Below, piece after piece: positions 6,330 to 14,777 of a stretch of 22,029 nucleotides of DNA. A program made the translations under genes and the position numbers. Where the stretch lies: positions 1 through 22,029 of the forward strand of contig JABCSY010000067.1 of the NCBI GenBank assembly GCA_018238625.1, in the 5' to 3' direction. Within the stretch, counting starts at the first letter, position 1. Every line of letters starts with the position of its first letter. This DNA comes from Promethearchaeota archaeon (GTDB lineage: Archaea > Asgardarchaeota > Lokiarchaeia > Sigyniarchaeales > SOKP01). A model generated the notes under the pieces. It worked only from the letters and a program-made list of their open reading frames with translations. It was not told the DNA's origin and did no database searches.

Positions 6330-9260
6330 TTAATATTTTTTTTTTTTTCGTAAATTCTTTGTTAAAGTGTCCTTTTTTAAGGTGCTAAAAAAAACTCCTG
6401 AGGAACCTGCAACCCCAATGATTACGACCAAAAAAGGGGTTAAGTTTGCGTCGCTTTCGTAACTTGGAATTGGATCGTCTCCGGGAATAGGATCTAAATT
6501 ATTATAAGTGTAAGTAATCTCGCTTACAAATTGCGAGCTCGAATGATAGGGATCTTCCATGTATAATTCAAAGCGATAATTTCCAGAGTAAGTAGGTCGA
6601 TAGACAAAAGTAAACGTGGTGCTTTTCAAACCGTCTTCCGAAGCGAAAAGTATAGAATCTGTGTAAGTACCGTCTTTATATACTTCTGCGCGCATAATTC
6701 CATCGTAAACAGGTTGTTCTCCAGAAACAAACCGTAAAGACGCGACAACCATTATTTCGATCCGCGATTCCGTTTTTGAGGAGGAAATGTTATAGATCGA
6801 ATCGAAAGTGGTCTGAAATGAGATCGGGTATTGCGCGACTTTCAAGCTACCATCGTACACGCACAGCGCTCCTTCGATTAAAGGGTAGTTCTGAGGGTCG
6901 ATAGGAACGTGTATTTCCTTTTGGTGAGTGTGGTTATCCATTTTATCTAATAGGATAGTTCCAAGTTGCTCGCTTTCTAGTTTAACCGTCGTATATTGTC
7001 CGAAATCAGATAAAATTAAGTTGCACAATTCGACAGAAATTAAGTTGTGCCCTCCTAATTGGATGGAGTTGGAATACTGGGCGTTAACTCTTACTTGATC
7101 GTTTTTAGCCATTTCGCAGATCCACGCGAAAACTTCTTGTTCCAGCGCGATCCTTTCCGCAGACTCAAAAAACTCGTAGTGAGTGCCAGAGTATATCGAT
7201 TGAATTAACGAGTGCGATTGTTCCACGTCAAAATTGACCTGTAAGTTTAATATTTCCGATATTTTGTAACTGTAATAGAGATTTTTGATGTTCGAATAAT
7301 TAAGGTGGTTAAAAACGAAGTTTTCTATTTTCGTACTATCAATATTGTACTCGTCAATTGCCTTCAAGACATAAATCGCGTAGTAAGTGTTCTCTAAAGC
7401 GACCTCGATAGAATTAGAGTATTTTACGTTAAAATAAAGATCTGTCGGAGATTCTACAATGTTTCTAACGATGTAAGTCGCTAAAGCCGATTCATCGAAG
7501 CCTAAGTTCTTAATAGGTCCTAACCCTAAATAATCGGCAATAAGCTCCATCACTTTTGTCGCGTAAAAAGAGTACTGCAAGTAAATCAAATGATTCTTCC
7601 ATTCCGAAGATTGATCCAGGTCATAGAAAAGAAAAGCTCCAAAATTTTCTTGGTATTCAGAATCCATAAATTGCGAATCGATTACATCCTGCAGCACGGA
7701 ATTAAGGTCGTGAGAGAAAGCAAAATCGTTAAGTTTGAATAATTTCTGAAGCGAATTAAGAATCGAGTACGTCTCTTTATGGGAAAAGAACGCGTTTATT
7801 TCTTCGAGATGTTTGTGATATCCTAAAGTGTAATAGTCAAGCGGTTTGGAACGGAAGGCCAGTACGTTTGCGTCCCGCTTAGTGCATGCGAAAAAGAAGT
7901 CTTTTTCCCACATATACAGCACGCTTCTTTCTAACAAGTCGTACAATCCTTGTATGTCTAAATCCGCGATTCGGTCGAAATAATCGTACGCAGAAATAAT
8001 ATTGTGGACAAGCTCTATTGAAGTGTAATCTTCCGAGAGCAATGAAAAGCCGTTATTTTGAGAGAAAAGTCGGATAAAAGATGCAATCTCATCTTTCTCG
8101 CTCAAGGTTAGTTCCGAGAGCGCTCCCGTGTTTGCGAGCGACCTTACGATTTGAAAAGTGTCTATTAATTCGTGATATTTTATCGTAGTCGAAGCGTCCC
8201 AACCGCCCAAAGCGTTTCTATTATTAATTATAAAACTAATTACTTCGTCTCTGTTAATACCTGTAAAGCCCGTGATATCTGATAATTCTAAATTTATAGC
8301 AGTTGCAACGATGTTAGTGTAATTATCGTGCCAGAAAACCGATGATATATCGAAATAGAAATCTTCGGGGTGATAAAGGTCGTTTAAGTTTTGGTTAAAC
8401 TTAGCTGTGTCAATGACGTTAATATAACTACTTCCAAAAGTTTCTAAGGTTTTTATAGCGTAAAAAGAGGCGAATTGATTCGGTTCCATTTCGAGCAGAG
8501 AATCAAATAATGGTTCGTTATCGTTATAGAATCCTGCGTTAGAGCCAACCGATTGTAACCCGTCTAAGTAGCCCACGATGTCGTTTCTTTCTTGAGAATA
8601 ACTGTTCCAGTCAGATATAAGAAAATCAAGCGTTATCACCGCATAATAGGTATTGTCCGCGGTAGGGATTTTAAAGCCTTCGTCTAACGAAGAGTCGTAT
8701 GGCTGACCTATAAACCCATGTAAGTTAGGATGGTAGCACTCCCAAATAAAATCGATGGTTTCGGCAGTATCGATTAAAGTTAAAGCGTTTAGAATGTTTA
8801 AAGAAAGCACCGCGTAGCAATTAACCTCTAACAAAGTAGTTAGGGGTAAATATAAGTTCGGTATTATAGAACTCAAGTATCTTTTTGCGCTTGAGTCAAC
8901 GAACTGGTGAGAGCTTGAGTTGTAAAACGACATTACATAGTTTATCACTTCTCCTTGGTTGATCTCGTCTAATTTTCCAATAGATTCCAATACAAAAAGC
9001 GCATAATATGTGGCTTGCAGCGAACCAGAGTAAATCTGAGGGTAATAACCGTAGGTCAAATAATCATTGTTCTTGGAGTCGAATATAGATTCGATTATTT
9101 CAAGATTTGTCGCATCGGAAGATTTTAAAATGTCGAAACTGACATCTTCTAAGAACTCAGGAGCATTATCATGAGAATTTTTATTACCAATAACCAAAAA
9201 ACAAGCTAAAAATACGATTGATATAATTCCAATTAAACCTATAATTTTTTTCGATTGCAT
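6330..9260 (-). CDS. Secreted, membrane-anchored prenyltransferase/squalene-oxidase-repeat (alpha/alpha barrel) protein
   Basis: N-terminal signal/TM (KKIIGLIGIISIVFLACFLVIG); recurring helices LQATYYALFVL, EVNCYAVLSL, ADNTYYAVITL, FASFYAIKTL, LIDTFQIVRSL, LQYSFYATKVM, LENTYYAIYVL, with GF/GGW turns; beta-rich C-terminal part, then a TM and a Lys-rich tail. Confidence 0.75.
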   Translation of the reverse strand: MQSKKIIGLIGIISIVFLACFLVIGNKNSHDNAPEFLEDVSFDILKSSDATNLEIIESIFDSKNNDYLTYGYYPQIYSGSLQATYYALFVLESIGKLDEINQGEVINYVMSFYNSSSHQFVDSSAKRYLSSIIPNLYLPLTTLLEVNCYAVLSLNILNALTLIDTAETIDFIWECYHPNLHGFIGQPYDSSLDEGFKIPTADNTYYAVITLDFLISDWNSYSQERNDIVGYLDGLQSVGSNAGFYNDNEPLFDSLLEMEPNQFASFYAIKTLETFGSSYINVIDTAKFNQNLNDLYHPEDFYFDISSVFWHDNYTNIVATAINLELSDITGFTGINRDEVISFIINNRNALGGWDASTTIKYHELIDTFQIVRSLANTGALSELTLSEKDEIASFIRLFSQNNGFSLLSEDYTSIELVHNIISAYDYFDRIADLDIQGLYDLLERSVLYMWEKDFFFACTKRDANVLAFRSKPLDYYTLGYHKHLEEINAFFSHKETYSILNSLQKLFKLNDFAFSHDLNSVLQDVIDSQFMDSEYQENFGAFLFYDLDQSSEWKNHLIYLQYSFYATKVMELIADYLGLGPIKNLGFDESALATYIVRNIVESPTDLYFNVKYSNSIEVALENTYYAIYVLKAIDEYNIDSTKIENFVFNHLNYSNIKNLYYSYKISEILNLQVNFDVEQSHSLIQSIYSGTHYEFFESAERIALEQEVFAWICEMAKNDQVRVNAQYSNSIQLGGHNLISVELCNLILSDFGQYTTVKLESEQLGTILLDKMDNHTHQKEIHVPIDPQNYPLIEGALCVYDGSLKVAQYPISFQTTFDSIYNISSSKTESRIEIMVVASLRFVSGEQPVYDGIMRAEVYKDGTYTDSILFASEDGLKSTTFTFVYRPTYSGNYRFELYMEDPYHSSSQFVSEITYTYNNLDPIPGDDPIPSYESDANLTPFLVVIIGVAGSSGVFFSTLKKDTLTKNLRKKKKY

Positions 9261-9447
9261 AATATTTCACGTGAATATGTTTTTAAGCTTTAAGACCAAA
9301 TTAAGCGTAAGTTTATAAAAGAAAAAAGAGGTTGGGAACAAATTCTATCTAAAGTATTTCCATCGCATTTGATCTATGAGAAAATATCCTTATTATTTGT
9401 TATATCCCACTAAACCGAGTTGATGAAAATGTTAATTGATATGTTTC

Positions 9448-9496
9448 CTAATAGACTGAAACACATATAAAGGAACATAACCTAATTATTCATTAC
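9448..9496 (+). promoter_or_regulatory. Conserved upstream block of NosD gene copy 1 with putative BRE/TATA (GAAACAC-ATATAAA)
   Basis: Block repeated almost exactly at 10464-10522 before copy 2; TATAAA at 9466-9471 follows purine-rich GAAA. Confidence 0.45.
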
Positions 9497-9533
9497 TTAC
9501 AAATCATATTCTTGTAATGATGGCGAAAATAAA

Positions 9534-10460
9534 ATGAAATCAAACACAAAATCGAAAATTTTAATCGCTTTAGGAATCCTTTTCGCTTTATCACCAATAA
9601 TTGCAACTAATCTTAGGTTTAATTTGGGCAGTAGCAACAAAAGTTCGAAATATAGCGATGATATTAATTTAGATAAGGAAAATTTGAAAATCTCAGCAAT
9701 ATCTGGAAAAATACATATAATCAATAATTCCGGATGGGTTGATTTTAAAAACGCGGGAAATTGTACCGGAGAAGGCACTTATTCCGAGCCTTATGTCATA
9801 AAAGATTTGGAAATTGATTACGCAGGCTCGGAAAGTTGTATCTGGATTGAAAATTCTGATGTATACTTTAGGATTGAAAATTGTACTCTCTATAGTTCGG
9901 GATTTTTCCTGAATATAGGAATCAGATTTTCATATGTTAACAATTCCCAATTAACCAATAATAATTGTTCAAATAATTATAATGGAATCTATTTATATAA
10001 TAGCTACAACAATACTATCGCAAGAAACACCATATGTGATAACTATAAATTGGGGATAGAGTTATCTCATAGTTTCTATAATAATATTACGGGGAATACA
10101 GTAAATAGAAACGAACGTGGGATACAATTATATTTAAGTGATTATAATACCATCTCGAAGAACGCCGCAAATAACAACCACTTTTATGGAATAGGTTTAA
10201 GTGAAAGTGATCACAACACAATCTCAGGTAATATCGCTAACAACAACCAGGAGGGAATATCTTTATATAGTAGTGATTATAACACCGTCTCAGGAAATAT
10301 TCTCTTAGGAAACGATGAATGCATAGTAGAAAACGACTGCGAAGGTAATATTCTCGAAAATAACGATTGTGGAATAATTCCAGGATATAATCTATTCTTT
10401 ATACTTGGAATTCTAGCAATTGTAGTAATCATTATAAGTAAAAAACTAAAGAAATCTTAA
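9534..10460 (+). CDS. NosD/pectin-lyase-fold parallel beta-helix surface protein with IPGY + TM + basic tail (Loki-CTERM/PGF-CTERM-like anchor)
   Basis: Signal peptide MKSNTKSKILIALGILFALS; 'GEGTYSEPYVIKDL'; 22-aa repeats GI.L..S..N.I..N...NN; C-terminus IPGYNLFFILGILAIVVIIISKKLKKS. Confidence 0.88.
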   Translation: MKSNTKSKILIALGILFALSPIIATNLRFNLGSSNKSSKYSDDINLDKENLKISAISGKIHIINNSGWVDFKNAGNCTGEGTYSEPYVIKDLEIDYAGSESCIWIENSDVYFRIENCTLYSSGFFLNIGIRFSYVNNSQLTNNNCSNNYNGIYLYNSYNNTIARNTICDNYKLGIELSHSFYNNITGNTVNRNERGIQLYLSDYNTISKNAANNNHFYGIGLSESDHNTISGNIANNNQEGISLYSSDYNTVSGNILLGNDECIVENDCEGNILENNDCGIIPGYNLFFILGILAIVVIIISKKLKKS

Positions 10461-10559
10461 ACTCTAATAGACTGAAACACATATAAAACACATATAAAGG
10501 AACATAACCTAATTATTCATTAATTACAAATTATATTTTTCTAATATGGCGAAAACAAT

Positions 10560-12167
10560 ATGAAATCAAATGCAAAATCAAAAATAATCGTTTTAATCGC
10601 TTTAGGAATCCTTTTCGCTTTATTACCAATAATTACTTCTAATCTTTTTATTAATGCGGGAAATAACAAGACTAGCTTAGAATATGACGATGATATTAAT
10701 TTAGATAACAAAAATTTAAAAATCTTGGCAACTTCTGAGAGAATTCATATAATCAATAACTCCGGATGGGTTGCTTTTAAAAATGACGGAAATTGTACTG
10801 GTGAAGGCACTTATTCCGACCCTTATGTCATAGAAGATTTGGTAATAGATGGCGGAGGTTCGGGAAGTTGCATCTTAATTGAAAATTCCGACGTTTACTT
10901 TAAGATTGAAAATTGTACTGTCTACAGTTCAGGAGTAAGTTTTTTTTATGCAGGAATACGATTATTAAATGTAAATAATTCTCTGATAATCACGAATAAT
11001 TGTTCGTCAAATAATAATGGGATATATTTAAACAATAGTAATAATAACACCGTTTCGGGAAACACAGCAAATGATAACTATTATGGGATAAGGATAGGCG
11101 ATAGTAATAATAACACCATTTTGGGTAACATAATGAATGAATGCGGATTATATTTATCTGGAAATCTTGAGATGTTAAATTCACTTATCATAGATACTAC
11201 AAATCTAGTGAACGGAAAACCTTTATACTATTACCTCAATGAAATAAATTTAGGACCAAACAATTTTACAAACGCTGGGCAAGTAATTTTGGTCAGTTGC
11301 ACCGATTCACTAATATCAAACTTAAACACTTCTAAATGTTCTACTGGAATTTCATTACATTATTGTAATAATAACACCGTTTCGGGAAACACCGCAAATA
11401 ACAACTCTCGTGGGATATATTTATACAATAGTAATAATAACACCGTTTCGGGAAACACCGCAAATGATAATAATTATGGGATCTATTTATATGATAGCAG
11501 TAATAACACCGTTTCGGGAAACACTGTATATAATAACATCTGGGAGGGGATATATCTACAGCATAGTGATTATAACACCGTTTCGGGAAACACCGCAAAT
11601 TATAACCATTATGGGATATTTTTAAATGATAGCTATAGCAATACTATTTCAGGAAACACCGCAAATGGTAACTATTATGGGATACTTTTAGATTTGAGTG
11701 ATTATAACACCATTTCGGGAAACACCGCAAATAACAACACATATGGGATATGTCTACAGCATAGTTATTCTAACACCATTTCGGGAAACACCGCAAATAA
11801 CAACACATATGGGATATGTCTACAGCATAGTTATTTTAACACCATTTCGGGAAACACCGCAAATAACAACACATATGGGATATTCTTAGATGAATGCCAT
11901 AGCAATACAATTTCGGAAAACACCGCAAATAACAACTCTCGTGGGATATATTTATACTATAGTAATAATAACATAATTTCGAAAAATACATTATTAGGAA
12001 ACGATGAATGCATCGTAGAAGACAACTGTGAAGGTAATACTTTCGAAAATAATGATTGTGGTGAAGAATTTCCTTTCGAATTGTTTATTATTGTAATTTC
12101 TATTATTAGTGGAGGCGCTCTGTCGGTTGCTATAATCCTTATAAGTAAAAAACTAAAGAAATCTTAA
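10560..12167 (+). CDS. NosD/pectin-lyase-fold parallel beta-helix surface protein, paralogue of 9534-10460 with expanded repeats
   Basis: Closely similar N-terminus; 'NLVNGKPLYYY...GQVILVSC' insert; many N.TVSGNTAN.N..GI.L repeats; C-terminal TM ending ISKKLKKS. Confidence 0.9.
   Translation: MKSNAKSKIIVLIALGILFALLPIITSNLFINAGNNKTSLEYDDDINLDNKNLKILATSERIHIINNSGWVAFKNDGNCTGEGTYSDPYVIEDLVIDGGGSGSCILIENSDVYFKIENCTVYSSGVSFFYAGIRLLNVNNSLIITNNCSSNNNGIYLNNSNNNTVSGNTANDNYYGIRIGDSNNNTILGNIMNECGLYLSGNLEMLNSLIIDTTNLVNGKPLYYYLNEINLGPNNFTNAGQVILVSCTDSLISNLNTSKCSTGISLHYCNNNTVSGNTANNNSRGIYLYNSNNNTVSGNTANDNNYGIYLYDSSNNTVSGNTVYNNIWEGIYLQHSDYNTVSGNTANYNHYGIFLNDSYSNTISGNTANGNYYGILLDLSDYNTISGNTANNNTYGICLQHSYSNTISGNTANNNTYGICLQHSYFNTISGNTANNNTYGIFLDECHSNTISENTANNNSRGIYLYYSNNNIISKNTLLGNDECIVEDNCEGNTFENNDCGEEFPFELFIIVISIISGGALSVAIILISKKLKKS
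11370..11975 (+). repeat. Coding tandem repeat with ~66-nt period (core AACACCRTTTCGGGAAACACCGCAAAT)
   Basis: About nine consecutive units; copies starting at 11706, 11772 and 11838 share 45 identical nt. Confidence 0.9.
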
Positions 12168-12173
12168 ACTCTA

Positions 12174-12197
12174 TTTTTTTCCCTTTTTCTTTTCTTT
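12174..12197 (+). terminator. Oligo-T archaeal terminator candidate after NosD copy 2
   Basis: TTTTTTTCCCTTTTTCTTTTCTTT begins a few nt after the stop at 12167. Confidence 0.5.
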
Positions 12198-12373
12198 ACC
12201 TGTTAACCTTTTTGTTTCGCATTATGATTAAAATTACTAACTGCTTTACCGGTAAAAATAAGAATTTACTGGTTAATTTCAGAATAACCTTTATATTCCA
12301 GATTCAATAATAGAAATTTGATTATTATCAATAAAAAAGAGGGTAAATGAAAATGTGATAAAAAGTAATTAAA

Positions 12374-12451
12374 ACGAAATCAAATTCAAAAATAATTATT
12401 TTAATCACTTGTGGCGTATTTTCTGATTTAAATATAACACCAATTAGTTAA
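12374..12451 (+). pseudogene. Relic of a third NosD-type gene (signal-peptide exon-like fragment only), beginning with ACG
   Basis: ACG AAA TCA AAT TCA AAA ATA ATT ATT TTA ATC ACT TGT GGC = (M/T)KSNSKIIILITCG, which aligns with MKSNAKSKIIVLIALG of 10560; stop at 12449-12451. Confidence 0.6.
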
Positions 12452-12503
12452 ATTCCAAAGAATTTATTAATATGTAATGATAAACATTAAATTGTAGGCT
12501 TAA

Positions 12504-13418
12504 GTGGAGAGATTGAAGGATTTCTGGAGTGGTTATGCTTGTTTTGGGCTCATTGTTGGAGTAGCTATATTTACAATTACGTTAAATTTTGATTATACTC
12601 TTCCAGAATGGTTGCCAACTGTTATTTTTGGCATTTCTTGGATATCGGTGACCCTTATTTGTTGGATAATTGATGACATGATCGAGAAAACCCGCGCTAA
12701 AAAAAGAATGACGGGTATAGAAACAAATACGCCAAATCAGGTTCTGGATAGGATTAAAAATGCTCTTAAAATGAAAAAACCGTCGATATATGAAATTCTT
12801 AGCTATTTGTACATTTTACAGGCTACTAAACTTCTTTCTAATTTCGAATTTTTCGATATAATTGGGCAAACTTTTCAATCGAACCCTAAGTTTTTCATGC
12901 TATCGATTTATCCAAATATTCGGAGCAAATTTCGTAAGATTTATGGAGATGAGGGAATGCAAGTAATGAACAAAAATATTTTAGAGAAGTTTTGTTTAGA
13001 TGAAGGAGAGCAAATAATTTACGAATTAAATGGGACAATACGAAAGAAAGTCCCAAAAAAGTATACAATTAAGGTATTATATGGAACTATTTATGTTACC
13101 AATTATCGAATAGTTGTTCACGGAAAATTCGTTTTTGAGATAGAGGTAGCTTTTGGTGGATCGTTTAGGAATCCCAAGGAAACTAAAATTGCTTATATTT
13201 CTAACTCAACACCTTGTTATGGATACGCGTTTCCAATTAGAAATCTTCATGGTTTAATAAACCCTTCAGCTTTTAATAATCATAATCTAAGCTATTCTGT
13301 AAAACAAGATGAGAATTTATACAGTGATGATTGTAGAATCACTATTGACGCTTCTAAAAAAGAAGATTACGGAGAAAAACTCTTTGCAATTTTAGATAAA
13401 TTTCAAAGGATTAATTAG
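12504..13418 (+). CDS. Membrane protein with 2 N-terminal TM helices and a C-terminal PH/GRAM-like domain
   Basis: GTG start; two hydrophobic stretches; 'LDEGEQIIYELNG...GTIYVTNYRIVVHG' resembles the GE...G.L.lT..Rl pattern of GRAM/bacterial-PH folds. Confidence 0.6.
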   Translation: MERLKDFWSGYACFGLIVGVAIFTITLNFDYTLPEWLPTVIFGISWISVTLICWIIDDMIEKTRAKKRMTGIETNTPNQVLDRIKNALKMKKPSIYEILSYLYILQATKLLSNFEFFDIIGQTFQSNPKFFMLSIYPNIRSKFRKIYGDEGMQVMNKNILEKFCLDEGEQIIYELNGTIRKKVPKKYTIKVLYGTIYVTNYRIVVHGKFVFEIEVAFGGSFRNPKETKIAYISNSTPCYGYAFPIRNLHGLINPSAFNNHNLSYSVKQDENLYSDDCRITIDASKKEDYGEKLFAILDKFQRIN

Positions 13419-13487
13419 TGAAGCATAAAAGAAGAACAAAAAAGAGGAGTAAAGAAAAGAAATTTAAATCATAGCGTTGAACTTGTG

Positions 13488-14777
13488 CTAACACATTAAT
13501 GGAGGGCCTTTCGGATTGTAGTACTTCCACAACTCCAGTTTGATTACTTCTTTGTTTTCTGCTTTTCCAGCGCTTTGTGTTTTCTCTTGATTGTAATTTA
13601 CAAATCTTTTATCGGAATTATTGTAATTGTTGTGATTTTGAGTGATAGTTGCAAATAAGTAGCCGTTAATACTTTTTAAGAACAAGTAAAAATCTTTGCT
13701 CTCGTTTAAGTTGTTAAACACCTGAGTCACGTTTCCTAAGACCATTTGTACGAGGTCAGCGCCATCAACGAGTAGACCTTCGTGATCGACCGACCCTCCC
13801 TCTACATCGACAAATGTAGGTTCGAGCACTCCTAATTTAGCCATGACTTTTTTTAACAAGCTAGCGGATTTTACTAAGCTCCTAAAACCTGGCACTTTAA
13901 ATCGTTCTATAACTCTCCTCTCGACTTGCCTGTGGATCGTCGACATTTTGATCCCTAACCTTTCGCAAATAGCTGAAACGCTCACTCCCTCGGGTTGAGA
14001 ACAGAGCAAGGTGATGGAGGTTACCAAGCCTACTATGACGTCGTCCTTGGTGTTTTTAACGCTTTCGTAAAACCGAGACAATATCTTGAAAGACTGGTAA
14101 TAAAACGGCATGCCCAAATCGAAGTGTTCGGTAATTTCTAAAATTCTCTGAATTATGTATTCCTTGCGATCCCTCTCCTTGTATTGAGGCCATAATTTTA
14201 CCATAGTAATCTTGAACTCGTTGAAATCTTTTTTAGAAATCTTCGAAACTTCTATCAATTTTTTCTCATTTATTGGCGTATTATTGCGCTTGTAGTAAAA
14301 GTAGATCACGCAGGGAACTAGCATTTCGGCGCTCCTATATTTAGTGCCCTTTCCTAACTGCGCTCGAATTTTCTTAAAGATTTCTAAAACGCTAACAGAG
14401 TCGCCCAAAGGAAAGTCTAGGTTCGTTAATATACTTTTTATTGCAATCTTTGCCGATATTAAAACGTTTTCTTCGCTAGTACGGTGAGAGTCTAGCCTGT
14501 TTAAACCTTCGAGTCTAACGGAATTTTTCGTTGCGCGTCTTTCGTGCCTATATCCCATCTGAGTTTTACCTAAGACGGCGTATTGAACGATCTCGGCGTC
14601 GTATGGCCTATGATATTCTAATTTCTGGACTTCCAGAACGATACCACAGTCTCGACAGGTGTAACCCTCGCGAGTTTCGATAATATCGCAAGAACCGCAA
14701 ACATCGCAGCGCTCCAAAGAATTTTGAGCGGAGCAGACTTCTAGCGAATCGATTTTTACTAATTCGTGGGTTGCCAT
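13488..14777 (-). CDS. Divergent TFB/TFIIB-like protein (Zn ribbon + two cyclin-like repeats + C-terminal extension)
   Basis: 'CDVCGSCDIIETREGYTCRDCGIVLE' TFIIB Zn ribbon; 'RLEGLNRL'; 'YRSAEMLVPCVIYFYYK'; second-repeat HTH 'VSVSAICERLGIKMSTIHRQV'. Confidence 0.8.
   Translation of the reverse strand: MATHELVKIDSLEVCSAQNSLERCDVCGSCDIIETREGYTCRDCGIVLEVQKLEYHRPYDAEIVQYAVLGKTQMGYRHERRATKNSVRLEGLNRLDSHRTSEENVLISAKIAIKSILTNLDFPLGDSVSVLEIFKKIRAQLGKGTKYRSAEMLVPCVIYFYYKRNNTPINEKKLIEVSKISKKDFNEFKITMVKLWPQYKERDRKEYIIQRILEITEHFDLGMPFYYQSFKILSRFYESVKNTKDDVIVGLVTSITLLCSQPEGVSVSAICERLGIKMSTIHRQVERRVIERFKVPGFRSLVKSASLLKKVMAKLGVLEPTFVDVEGGSVDHEGLLVDGADLVQMVLGNVTQVFNNLNESKDFYLFLKSINGYLFATITQNHNNYNNSDKRFVNYNQEKTQSAGKAENKEVIKLELWKYYNPKGPPLMC

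Noticed and set aside
9266-9275. CACGTG-core palindrome (TTCACGTGAA), with CACGTG also at 1917-1922
   Set aside because: Too short and too few copies to distinguish from chance in CpG-rich DNA.
10990-11889. Short ORFs 10990-11184, 11341-11598, 11410-11625, 11698-11889
   Set aside because: Alternative-frame or antisense shadows of the repetitive NosD gene.
11370-11975. CRISPR or DGR template/variable repeat in the NosD gene
   Set aside because: In-frame beta-helix repeats; no reverse transcriptase in the window; differences are not confined to adenines.
13488-13502. C-terminal Cys of the TFB-like protein as a prenylation site for the barrel protein
   Set aside because: PLMC is not a CaaX, CC or CxC motif, and the barrel protein is predicted to be extracellular.
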